Source of the DNA: an uncultured Alphaproteobacteria bacterium
Lineage (GTDB): Bacteria > Pseudomonadota > Alphaproteobacteria > HIMB59 > GCA-002718135
Length of the DNA: 64,000 bases
Reading direction: 5' to 3'
NCBI GenBank assembly: GCA_902586695.1
Contig: CACIIL010000001.1
Location: forward strand, 22,196-86,195
The notes under the pieces were generated by a model that made no database searches, had not been told where the DNA came from, and saw nothing but the letters and a program-made list of their open reading frames with translations. Of this stretch, positions 1-8,189 are shown one piece after another; the first letter of the stretch is position 1, and the number at the start of each line of letters is the position of its first letter. The translations under genes and the position numbers were made by a program.

Positions 1-28
1 ATATGAACTAAGAAATAATAAAAATATT

Positions 29-241
29 TTGTTTATGCCCTACAAAAAGGGCTCTTCTGTCACAAATCATTTTCAAATGACGTCTGCTTTAAGTGAGCTT
101 AGGGAAGATGATTTTTATTTAATTGGTGAATTAGACGACATATCTTATTTATTAAACAGTTATAAAACTGAATTGGTCAAAGAGTTTTTTATCCCCTTTA
201 GTTCTTCTGGTTTAAAGTTGTATGCAGTTAGTTTTAAATAG
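29..241 (+). CDS. Hypothetical ORF, possibly the 3' end of a gene that starts upstream of the window
   Basis: The tracked ORF starts at TTG 29, but the frame stays open back to base 2, so it may be truncated by the window edge. No recognisable motif. Confidence 0.2.
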   Translation: MFMPYKKGSSVTNHFQMTSALSELREDDFYLIGELDDISYLLNSYKTELVKEFFIPFSSSGLKLYAVSFK

Positions 242-893
242 TTTTTTAATATTTTTTTTATTAGTTTGTTCCCCAGTTTTTGGTGAGAGCTTTTATAAAA
301 CATATACTATTAAATCAAGTGGGATAAAGATTGGGACGCTGGATTGGGAGGTCTCCATAAATAACAAACATTATAAAAATGACTTAAAGTTAAAAAGTGA
401 GGGTTTTTTATCGATTTTTTATAACTTTCAGGGCCAATATTCTTCTGTGGGCAATGTGGAAAATAAAAAACTAAAACCAAAAACATACACCCATATATGG
501 AGCACTAAAAAAGTAACAAAAAAAATGAGTTTAGTTTTTCAAAATAACAAACTCAAATCATTAGAACAAACTCCGTTAGAGGAGGAGGGTTTAAGAATTG
601 ACGTGTTTGATATTAACAAAACAAAAGACCCGGTTGCTTCTTTTTTACAAATTGTAATGGGGGATAACAGCTCATTAGTTGTTGATGGTAGAAGGCTTTA
701 CACAATGGTTTCTTTTTTTAATGAAGACACCAAACAAACAACGGTTGAGCTTTCAAACTATTTTAACTTATGGGCAGATCATAAAAGAACTAAGTTTGAA
801 AAAATTGCTTTTGAAAAAAAGGAAGGTAGTTTTTTGCCGTCAGTAATATTAATTTATTTTGATAAAAGGGTTTTTAGACTTGAGGGTGTTTAG
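222..893 (+). CDS. Secreted hypothetical protein, DUF3108-like
   Basis: N-terminal signal-like hydrophobic segment (LIFFLLVCSPVFG). Size and beta-rich pattern resemble alphaproteobacterial DUF3108 proteins. Family assignment is by recollection only. Confidence 0.45.
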   Translation: MQLVLNSFLIFFLLVCSPVFGESFYKTYTIKSSGIKIGTLDWEVSINNKHYKNDLKLKSEGFLSIFYNFQGQYSSVGNVENKKLKPKTYTHIWSTKKVTKKMSLVFQNNKLKSLEQTPLEEEGLRIDVFDINKTKDPVASFLQIVMGDNSSLVVDGRRLYTMVSFFNEDTKQTTVELSNYFNLWADHKRTKFEKIAFEKKEGSFLPSVILIYFDKRVFRLEGV

Positions 894-1435
894 TTTTTTT
901 TCTTTCTAAGATAAACATAAAATGCCCCGTCTCCACCGTGTTCAACAGACGCGGCCTCAAAACCAAGAATGTATCTTGAAAATTTTTTTGAACCTACCCA
1001 ATTTATTAGCGCTGACCTAATTACACCGTGGTAAAGTTTGGGCTTTTCATTTTCGTGGATTTCTTTTGTTTTAAGTAACCCCTTACCCGTTACAAACAAT
1101 AGACATCTCAGGCCTTTATTGTAGCAATTTATTATTGTGTTTGAGAAAAGCTCTTCTGAATCCAGCAATGATTTTCCATGAAAGTCTATTTTTTTGTCAA
1201 TATTGATAGATCTTTTTTTAATACTTTTTTTTATGTTTATGTTTTCTAATTTGTATTCGTGTTTTTTTATAGCGGTTGTTGGTTTTGGTGGGTTTGTCCG
1301 ACTTGTTCTATTTTGATTGGATTTGTTGTTTTTGTTATTTTTGGATTTTGGTTTTCTTTTTTCTACTTTGTTGGTTTTTTTAATTGGGCTGACTCCCTTC
1401 ATTTGTTTTAAAAAATAATCATCATCGTTGCTCAT
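890..1435 (-). CDS. Smr domain-containing protein
   Basis: C-terminal DFHG...LLFVTGKG...HGG Smr-like block after a very basic linker. 4-nt overlaps with both neighbours. Confidence 0.7.
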   Translation of the reverse strand: MSNDDDYFLKQMKGVSPIKKTNKVEKRKPKSKNNKNNKSNQNRTSRTNPPKPTTAIKKHEYKLENINIKKSIKKRSINIDKKIDFHGKSLLDSEELFSNTIINCYNKGLRCLLFVTGKGLLKTKEIHENEKPKLYHGVIRSALINWVGSKKFSRYILGFEAASVEHGGDGAFYVYLRKKKN

Positions 1436-1860
1436 TTTTTTAAAAAATTAATAATTAGATTTTTAACTCTATTAGGTGTCTGTCTATACCAAAGACTTTT
1501 CATCATTTCAAAACAAACCAAATGCTTATTTTTTTGTCTCATATGGTATAGTAGTTTGTTGAATTTTAGAACACTACTCAATCCCATTTGAAAGATCATT
1601 TCAATCAAAAGCTCTGAATCTTTTTTGGTAGATGTTGTTTGGCTTAAGTAAAGATTAAAATCTTTTAAAGCTTTATTAAAATCATTTTCAAAAATTTGCT
1701 CTAATTTTTTTTTGTTTATTTTTTTTTTAATTAAATCTTTTTCTTTTCGTAAAACCAGGTGTCCAAAACCTATTGTAATAAAGCCTAGCTGATCCTTGTA
1801 TGGTTTTAAAGAAAATCCTTCATTTTTTTTTATTCTTTTTTTTAAGAGTTGAAAATTCAA
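1432..1860 (-). CDS. T4-type lysozyme (glycoside hydrolase family 24)
   Basis: NEGFSLKPYKDQLGFITIGFGHL and MIFQMG...SLWYRQTPNRVKNLI align with T4 lysozyme ([29 protein letters not shown]...SRWYNQTPNRAKRVI). Equivalents of Glu11, Asp20 and Thr26 are present. Confidence 0.85.
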   Translation of the reverse strand: MNFQLLKKRIKKNEGFSLKPYKDQLGFITIGFGHLVLRKEKDLIKKKINKKKLEQIFENDFNKALKDFNLYLSQTTSTKKDSELLIEMIFQMGLSSVLKFNKLLYHMRQKNKHLVCFEMMKSLWYRQTPNRVKNLIINFLKK

Positions 1861-1865
1861 TTTTT

Positions 1866-2447
1866 TTATGTTGCAACCAAAGTCCAGGCCGGGGTATTTG
1901 AATCTATAGGTTTTTCAAAAACCCATGTGTCTTTATTTTTAACAACCTCTTCTTCATTGTCTTCTAAAATTTGCTCACTTATAAAGTTCACCGCTATTGT
2001 TATTTTTGAGTTTTCTACTTTTGCATCATCAATACCATCAACAACCAAAGAGTAGAATTGGGAGCTTGGGTTATTAGAGCCAGAATCTATTGCGCTTTCA
2101 AAGGCATTGTAAACATCTTTTGAAACAAGATTTTTTAATGTGTTTTTGTCGCCCTTGTTAAAAGAGGTAATGATAATCTCAAAAGCCTTTTTTGCACCTT
2201 CTAAAAATTCTTTATGGTCAAAAGAAGCAACTGTTTTATATACAACTTCAAGTTTTTGTTCATTGTCTTTAAGCTGAGGAAGGGTTTTTGAGGCTTGTTC
2301 GACCTCTTTTTTCGTAAATTCTTTTTGTGTTATGTTTTTTTGAAAACCGGTTCTTTTTCCAAGAACGCTTCTTAAGCGATAAATAATAAAAACCGCTATA
2401 ACCGCAAATATAATAATATCAAAAAACTGAAGATCTCCATAAACCAT
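1866..2447 (-). CDS. Tim44-like domain membrane protein
   Basis: N-terminal TM helix followed by YRLRSVLGKRTG, and C-terminal ...WVFEK...WTLVAT. This is the typical alphaproteobacterial Tim44-like protein. Confidence 0.75.
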   Translation of the reverse strand: MVYGDLQFFDIIIFAVIAVFIIYRLRSVLGKRTGFQKNITQKEFTKKEVEQASKTLPQLKDNEQKLEVVYKTVASFDHKEFLEGAKKAFEIIITSFNKGDKNTLKNLVSKDVYNAFESAIDSGSNNPSSQFYSLVVDGIDDAKVENSKITIAVNFISEQILEDNEEEVVKNKDTWVFEKPIDSNTPAWTLVAT

Positions 2448-2476
2448 AATAGATTATATAATTACTTTTTATTAAT

Positions 2477-3157
2477 TTAATAGTCATATTTTTTCCAAAC
2501 CGGTTCTTTTATTTCTCCAAGCATTTTTTTATGAAGATTAACATCTTCCTCTACCAGAATATACTTTGTGATTTTCTTTATGTTCTTTTCTTTGGTTTTG
2601 TTTTGTTCATTGTTTTTGTTGGTAATTTTGGACAAATTCATAGAAAATTGCTTTCCTCCCTTTAGCTCAAGGTAAACCTCAGCCAAAAGCCTTGAGTCTA
2701 ATAACGCTCCATGTAAGTCTCTTTCAGATAAATCAATTTTAAACCTTCTACATAAATAATCTAGGTTCGCAACGCGGGTATTAAGAACTTTTCTTGCTAA
2801 AGCGACAGTATCAATAATTGGGTTTGTAATTGTAGGTTTGTTTATTATAGATAGTTCGTTGTTTAAGAACCCTAGGTCGAAATCTGCATTATGAATAATA
2901 AGTGGGTCACCTTTAATAAATCCTAAAAACTCCTCGTAGTGTTCTCCAAATTGTTTTTTGTCTTTTAAGAAGTTGTTTGTTATACCTGTAATCTTTTGGG
3001 CGCCTTCAGAAATTTTTTTATCTACACTACAATAAAATTGTAAAAAATTTTTTGTAGCAACATGATTTATTAACTCAACACAACCAACCTCAATAATTCT
3101 GTCTCCATTTTTGTGGCTTAAGCCGGTTGTTTCAGTATCAATTACAACTTCTCTCAT
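2477..3157 (-). CDS. dnaQ: DNA polymerase III epsilon subunit (3'-5' exonuclease)
   Basis: Exo motifs VIDTETTGL, HNADFDLGFL and HGALLDSRLLAEVY. Confidence 0.9.
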   Translation of the reverse strand: MREVVIDTETTGLSHKNGDRIIEVGCVELINHVATKNFLQFYCSVDKKISEGAQKITGITNNFLKDKKQFGEHYEEFLGFIKGDPLIIHNADFDLGFLNNELSIINKPTITNPIIDTVALARKVLNTRVANLDYLCRRFKIDLSERDLHGALLDSRLLAEVYLELKGGKQFSMNLSKITNKNNEQNKTKEKNIKKITKYILVEEDVNLHKKMLGEIKEPVWKKYDY

Positions 3158-3750
3158 TTTAAAAAGGCCATTAAAGCCTTTTGAGCAGAATAAATAAAGT
3201 CTTTTTTTGTTTTGTTGTTGTAAATAATTATGTTGGACCTGGCCCTTCTTTGCTTGTCTGTTGTTTGGTTTTTAAATATTTTGCCTAAAATTTCTTTTGA
3301 AAATTTCTTTTTTTTTAAAATCCTTTGCTCTCTATTTGTTTTTTTTGATAAAATACAAAGAATTATATCGAATTGTTTATCAAGCCTGTTTTCTAGCAAC
3401 AATGGCACATCCAAAAAAATTGTTTTTTTCTTAATTTGTATATTTTTGCTTATAAAGCATTCTCTTTGTAAGCCCACCTCTTTGTGAATATATTTTTCAA
3501 AACTTTTTTTTAGTTTTTTGTCATTAAATATTCTGTTAGCCACAATCTTTTTGTTGATTTTATTTTTTTTAATAGCCTCGTTTAATCCATTTTTTTTGAT
3601 AAATTCTAAAAAGTTTTTGTTTGGTTTTTTATACATCATAGAAACAACTTTATCTGAATCATGAACTGGATATCCGTTTTTTTCAAGAAAGTTTGAAAGT
3701 GTTGATTTTCCTGAGCCTATTCCACCAGTAATGCCAATTATTTTTGTCAT
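3154..3750 (-). CDS. coaE: Dephospho-CoA kinase
   Basis: IGITGGIGSGKST P-loop at the N-terminus, correct size, dnaQ-coaE-aroE-maf synteny. Confidence 0.9.
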   Translation of the reverse strand: MTKIIGITGGIGSGKSTLSNFLEKNGYPVHDSDKVVSMMYKKPNKNFLEFIKKNGLNEAIKKNKINKKIVANRIFNDKKLKKSFEKYIHKEVGLQRECFISKNIQIKKKTIFLDVPLLLENRLDKQFDIILCILSKKTNREQRILKKKKFSKEILGKIFKNQTTDKQRRARSNIIIYNNKTKKDFIYSAQKALMAFLK

Positions 3751-4532
3751 TTAATTTTTAAATTTAGTTTTTTAATTAACACATCATCAACTATTGGACT
3801 AAAACCAAACCAAAATCGAAAGCTTAAAACGGCTTGCTCAATTAACATTGAAATACCATATATTTTTCTGTTTTTTTTAAAATTTTTTAAAAAATTAGTT
3901 TGTTTGGGTATATAAACTATGTCACTTACAACGGCCTGTTCTCCAACGTTTTTTGTTTGATGTTTATTGAGAGGGTTTGTTGGTGTGGTGTTAATTATTA
4001 GATCTGCTTTTTTCAAATATCTATCAATTGACGAATATTTTTTTGTAAAAGTCTTAAACCCATTAATGTTAATTGTTTTTTTTGAGCGGTTGAAAACATA
4101 AACGTTTTTATAACCTCTAGAAAGGAAGCCATAAAAAATAGCTTGTGCAGCTCCACCGCATCCCAAAATTAAGATTTTTTTTGTTTTGTTAATTTTTAAG
4201 CCTTTAATAGATTTTAAATAACCAGCCCAATCTGTATTTGTGCCTCTGTTTTTTTTATCAATTTTTACACAGTTAACGGCGCCTATTTTTTTGGCGTGTA
4301 TGTTTGTTGTGTTTAGGTGTTTAAGTATATCTTTTTTAAATGGTACAGTTACATTAAACCCGGCAATGTTTTTTTTATTTATTGATTTTAATAAAACTTG
4401 ATCAAAGTTTTTTTTATCAACTTCTAGAAAAGAATACTTTGCACTAATATTGTATTTTTTAAACCAATAATTAAAAATAGCCGGAGAAAGACTTTTAGAT
4501 GTTCTGCTTCCAATAACAAAATAATTTTTCAT
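3747..4532 (-). CDS. aroE: Shikimate dehydrogenase
   Basis: SLSP...N, NVTVPFK, GAVN and GCGGAA Rossmann motifs. Synteny supports the call. Confidence 0.85.
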   Translation of the reverse strand: MKNYFVIGSRTSKSLSPAIFNYWFKKYNISAKYSFLEVDKKNFDQVLLKSINKKNIAGFNVTVPFKKDILKHLNTTNIHAKKIGAVNCVKIDKKNRGTNTDWAGYLKSIKGLKINKTKKILILGCGGAAQAIFYGFLSRGYKNVYVFNRSKKTININGFKTFTKKYSSIDRYLKKADLIINTTPTNPLNKHQTKNVGEQAVVSDIVYIPKQTNFLKNFKKNRKIYGISMLIEQAVLSFRFWFGFSPIVDDVLIKKLNLKIK

Positions 4533-4533
4533 T

Positions 4534-5124
4534 TTAAGTCCTAGACAAATAAATCATAAAAGGGAAAAGGGGGAACCCCAAAACATTAAAAAAGTCTCCT
4601 TTAATTGAGCTTATAATTTGTGGACCAAGCTTTTCTGCCTGAAAACATCCAACGGAGAGTAAAATTTCTTTGCCAACGCGTTTTAAATAATCATCAATTT
4701 GTTTATCAGTTAGTTTTTTCATTGTTACTGTTGACACCTGCTGTTTTGACCAAATTTGTTTTTTCATATAACAAACCGATATCCCTGAAATAATTTTGTG
4801 TTTATTGCCAGAAAGTTTTTTAAGTTTTTTTTTGGCCTCATTCATGTTTTTTGCTTTGTTTATAATTTTGTTTTTAAATATAATAATTGTGTCAGAACCA
4901 ACCACCAATTCTTTTGGTTTTTTTTGACTAACACTTAAGGCTTTTTCTTTTGCTAAAATTTTTGCAAAACTTGTTTGTTTGGTCTTATTTATAATTAATT
5001 TTTTTTTAATATTTTCTTCGTTGCAAAGTGGTTTTGTTTTTACAAAATTTAGACCTGCGTTTTTTAATAATCTATATCTAGATAAGCTATTGCTAGCTAA
5101 TATAAATTTCCTGTTTATAAGCAT
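4534..5124 (-). CDS. maf: Maf-like nucleoside triphosphate pyrophosphatase
   Basis: ILASNSLSRYRLL, VVGSDT and QAEKLG motifs of the Maf family. Confidence 0.85.
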   Translation of the reverse strand: MLINRKFILASNSLSRYRLLKNAGLNFVKTKPLCNEENIKKKLIINKTKQTSFAKILAKEKALSVSQKKPKELVVGSDTIIIFKNKIINKAKNMNEAKKKLKKLSGNKHKIISGISVCYMKKQIWSKQQVSTVTMKKLTDKQIDDYLKRVGKEILLSVGCFQAEKLGPQIISSIKGDFFNVLGFPLFPFMIYLSRT

Positions 5125-5469
5125 GTTAACAACTGTTTAACTTATAAACATAATTAATTATTTTTAAATTTATTATTAAGGTCATTAATTGTTATTTGTT
5201 TTAGTTCACAATAAGTTATTTTAAAAAAAAATTATATTCAGGGTGTTATTAAGTGTTTATTAATATTTATTAACAACTTGTTGTGTTTTTAACATTTTTT
5301 TAATTTCCTGTTTTCTAAAGGTTTTTAGGGTTTTTTAAGGTTTTTATAGGTATTAATATTATTTTATACACTTTTTATAAAATGTGATTAATTAGCTAAA
5401 AAAAAGGAATTAATATAATCAACGTTACAACTACTAATACAATCTAATTAATATAAATTAATATATATT
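5125..5469. other. Candidate chromosomal replication origin (oriC) in the maf|rho divergent spacer
   Basis: The whole maf|rho spacer (5125-5533) is the largest non-coding gap in the window (409 bp), is very AT-rich, and lies between divergently transcribed origin-cluster genes. This feature covers the part upstream of the candidate rho promoter. It contains phased T-tract and TTATTAA repeats, a 10-bp inverted repeat and degenerate DnaA-box-like 9-mers. See findings. Confidence 0.45.
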
Positions 5470-5498
5470 TTGACATTAAGGATCATTTTTTGTAATAA
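5470..5498 (+). promoter_or_regulatory. Candidate sigma70-type promoter of rho
   Basis: TTGACA (5470-5475), 17-nt spacer, TAATAA (5493-5498), about 35 nt upstream of the rho ATG. Confidence 0.4.
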
Positions 5499-5533
5499 AA
5501 ATCTTCTTTTCCTTCCAACTACAATAATAAATT

Positions 5534-6796
5534 ATGAATTTACAAGATTTAAAAAACAAACAACCTGAAGAGCTATTAAAAGAAGCTACTAAACTTGAAA
5601 TAGAGAATCCTTCATCTTTAAGAAAACAAGATCTTATGTTTGCTATATTAAAAAAAATAGCAAATGATGGAGAAATTATAACAGGTTTAGGTGTTATAGA
5701 AATTATGCAAGACGGGTTTGGTTTTTTAAGATCTTCTGAATCTAATTATTTACCAGGACCAGACGATATTTATGTATCTCCTTCACAAATTAAAAAATTT
5801 AGTCTTAGAACGGGTGATATTGTTGAGGGAGAGATAAGAGCACCAAAACACGGGGAAAGATATTTTGCTATAACAAAAATTAATAAAATAAATGATCAAA
5901 AAACCGATGTTGTAAAACATAGAGTAAACTTTGAAGACCTAACACCCCTGTATCCAGAATCTCGTTTTAAATTGGAGCAAGAAAAGCCAATGCCTGATTT
6001 AACAGAGAGAATTATAGATATTATTGCACCATTAGGAAAAGGACAAAGACAACTAATAGTAGCACAGCCTTTTACAGGCAAAACTATTATTATGCAAAAA
6101 ATTGCTAATGCAATTACTGCTAATAGCCCCGAAACAAAATTAATTGTTTTGTTAATAGATGAAAGACCAGAAGAGGTTACTGATATGAAAAGATCAGTTA
6201 AGGGGGAGGTCATAAGCTCAACATTTGATGAACCGGCCCAAAGACATGTTCAGGTTGCTGAAATGGTTATAGAAAAAGCTAAAAGATTAGTAGAATATAA
6301 ACACGATGTTGTTATTTTATTAGACTCTATAACGAGGCTTGGAAGAGCCTATAATACTGTTGTTCCATCAAGTGGTAAGGTTTTAACTGGAGGTGTTGAT
6401 GCTAACGCTCTTCAAAGACCTAAAAGGTTTTTCGGAGCAGCAAGGAATGTTGAAAATGGGGGCTCTTTAACTATAATTTCAACAGCCCTTATAGATACTG
6501 GCAGTAGAATGGACGAGGTAATTTTTGAAGAATTTAAAGGTACCGGAAATAGTGAAATAGTTTTAGACAGAAAACTCAGTCAAAAAAGAACATACCCCGC
6601 TTTTGATATTGGAAAGTCAGGAACAAGAAAAGAAGAATTGCTGTTAGACAAAGACGAGCTTGGAAAAATATTTATTTTAAGAAAAATATTAGCACCAATG
6701 GGAACCACAGAATCAATGGAGTTTTTGTTAGATAAAATGAAAGATACAAAAACAAACAATGATTTTTTCCAAAGCATGGGAACAAAAAGCAGCTAA
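5534..6796 (+). CDS. rho: Transcription termination factor Rho
   Basis: Full-length match to the Rho architecture: N-terminal RNA-binding domain (GFGFLR), Walker A (PFTGKT), and RFFGAARN...GSLTII...[18 protein letters not shown]. Confidence 0.97.
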   Translation: MNLQDLKNKQPEELLKEATKLEIENPSSLRKQDLMFAILKKIANDGEIITGLGVIEIMQDGFGFLRSSESNYLPGPDDIYVSPSQIKKFSLRTGDIVEGEIRAPKHGERYFAITKINKINDQKTDVVKHRVNFEDLTPLYPESRFKLEQEKPMPDLTERIIDIIAPLGKGQRQLIVAQPFTGKTIIMQKIANAITANSPETKLIVLLIDERPEEVTDMKRSVKGEVISSTFDEPAQRHVQVAEMVIEKAKRLVEYKHDVVILLDSITRLGRAYNTVVPSSGKVLTGGVDANALQRPKRFFGAARNVENGGSLTIISTALIDTGSRMDEVIFEEFKGTGNSEIVLDRKLSQKRTYPAFDIGKSGTRKEELLLDKDELGKIFILRKILAPMGTTESMEFLLDKMKDTKTNNDFFQSMGTKSS

Positions 6797-6876
6797 TAAA
6801 GCTATTTAATTTAATAAAAACAAATCTTTTATCTGAAATTATAGACTTGAAGGGCTAATAGGTTTATTGGCCAAAA

Positions 6877-8175
6877 ATGTCAAAATACAACGATACAATA
6901 TACGCTCTTTCGAGTCCACCAGGCAAATCAGCAATAGCTATAATAAGGGTCTCAGGGAAGGGTGTTTTAAAAATTATAAAAAAACTTTTTCCGGTTTCAA
7001 AAAAAATAACACCAAATAAAACAAATTTATTTTTACTAAAACATAAAAAAAAACCAATAGATCAGGTTGTTTTAATCTATTTTAAACAACCCAAATCATA
7101 CACTGGGGAGAACATGATAGAAATTAATTGTCATGGAGGCCCAGTAATAATTAATAAAATTTCATTAATATTAGAGGGTCTCGGGGTGAGACTGGCAGAG
7201 CCTGGGGAATTTACTAAAAGAGCATTGTTAAATAATAAAATAGATTTGGTTAAGACAGAAAGTATTGCTGATTTAATAAACTCTGAAACTGAAAAACAAA
7301 TGAGTCTGGCTATAAAAAACCTAACTGGTGGACTCTCATCTTTTACAAAAAAAATTAATGAAGAGCTTAGTAATATTTTGGCAAACACAGAAGCAATAAT
7401 AGACTTTTCTGACGAAGACCTGCCAAAAGACATACTTAAGTCTATAAAAGAACAAAACAAGAACATAATAAAACAAATAAAAAAAGAGCTTGTTAACTCT
7501 AAAATTTCTAGACCAATTAGGGAGGGCTTTCGTGTTTCGGTTATTGGCAAACCAAACACCGGAAAATCTTCCTTTGTTAATTATGTTTCAAAAAAAAATG
7601 TATCTATCGTTACAAGTATTCCTGGAACAACAACTGATGCAATTACTTCATCGTTAGAAATTGATGGATATAAATTTACTTTTATTGATACTGCTGGAAT
7701 TAGAAGACATAGAAACAAAATTGAAGAACTTGGTATTAAAAAAACTAACGAAATTATTACAAGCTCTGATTTAAATTTAGTTTTTTTAGAAAAAAATGAA
7801 ACAAACAAATACAAGAATATTAAAAACAAGCTATTTGTTAGGTCTAAGGCAGACAAAAAACAAAAGAAAACGAAAGAAAAAAATATTTATAATATATCTT
7901 CATTTTCAGGCGTTGGGGTTAAGTTATTATTAAAAAAAATCAAAGATATTTTGTTAAAAAACAATAAAAATGAACCCATCCTTTCACGTGAAAGGCATAT
8001 CTTTATAATGAAAGATGTATTAAAAACCCTTGATTCAATTGATTTTTCAGAAAATTTGGATATTTTAGCTTATAAATTTAGAGTTGCCCTTAATCAATCA
8101 CTAGAAATTAATCAAAAATTTGATATTGAAGATATATTAGGTATAATATTTAATGATTTTTGTATAGGAAAATGA
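6877..8175 (+). CDS. mnmE: tRNA modification GTPase MnmE
   Basis: DTIYALSS N-terminus, G-domain GKPNTGKSS / DTAGIR, and C-terminal FCIGK. Confidence 0.95.
   Translation: MSKYNDTIYALSSPPGKSAIAIIRVSGKGVLKIIKKLFPVSKKITPNKTNLFLLKHKKKPIDQVVLIYFKQPKSYTGENMIEINCHGGPVIINKISLILEGLGVRLAEPGEFTKRALLNNKIDLVKTESIADLINSETEKQMSLAIKNLTGGLSSFTKKINEELSNILANTEAIIDFSDEDLPKDILKSIKEQNKNIIKQIKKELVNSKISRPIREGFRVSVIGKPNTGKSSFVNYVSKKNVSIVTSIPGTTTDAITSSLEIDGYKFTFIDTAGIRRHRNKIEELGIKKTNEIITSSDLNLVFLEKNETNKYKNIKNKLFVRSKADKKQKKTKEKNIYNISSFSGVGVKLLLKKIKDILLKNNKNEPILSRERHIFIMKDVLKTLDSIDFSENLDILAYKFRVALNQSLEINQKFDIEDILGIIFNDFCIGK
7980..7995. promoter_or_regulatory. parS-like centromere site (perfect 16-bp palindrome CCTTTCACGTGAAAGG)
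   Basis: The 12-bp core TTTCACGTGAAA is identical to the core of the canonical parS TGTTTCACGTGAAACA. It lies inside the 3' part of mnmE, upstream of parAB. Confidence 0.6.
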
Positions 8176-8189
8176 TTTCACGTGAAAAT
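8174..8189. promoter_or_regulatory. parS-like centromere site (GATTTCACGTGAAAAT)
   Basis: Same 12-bp core TTTCACGTGAAA at the mnmE stop / mnmG start junction, about 190 bp from the first site. Confidence 0.55.
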
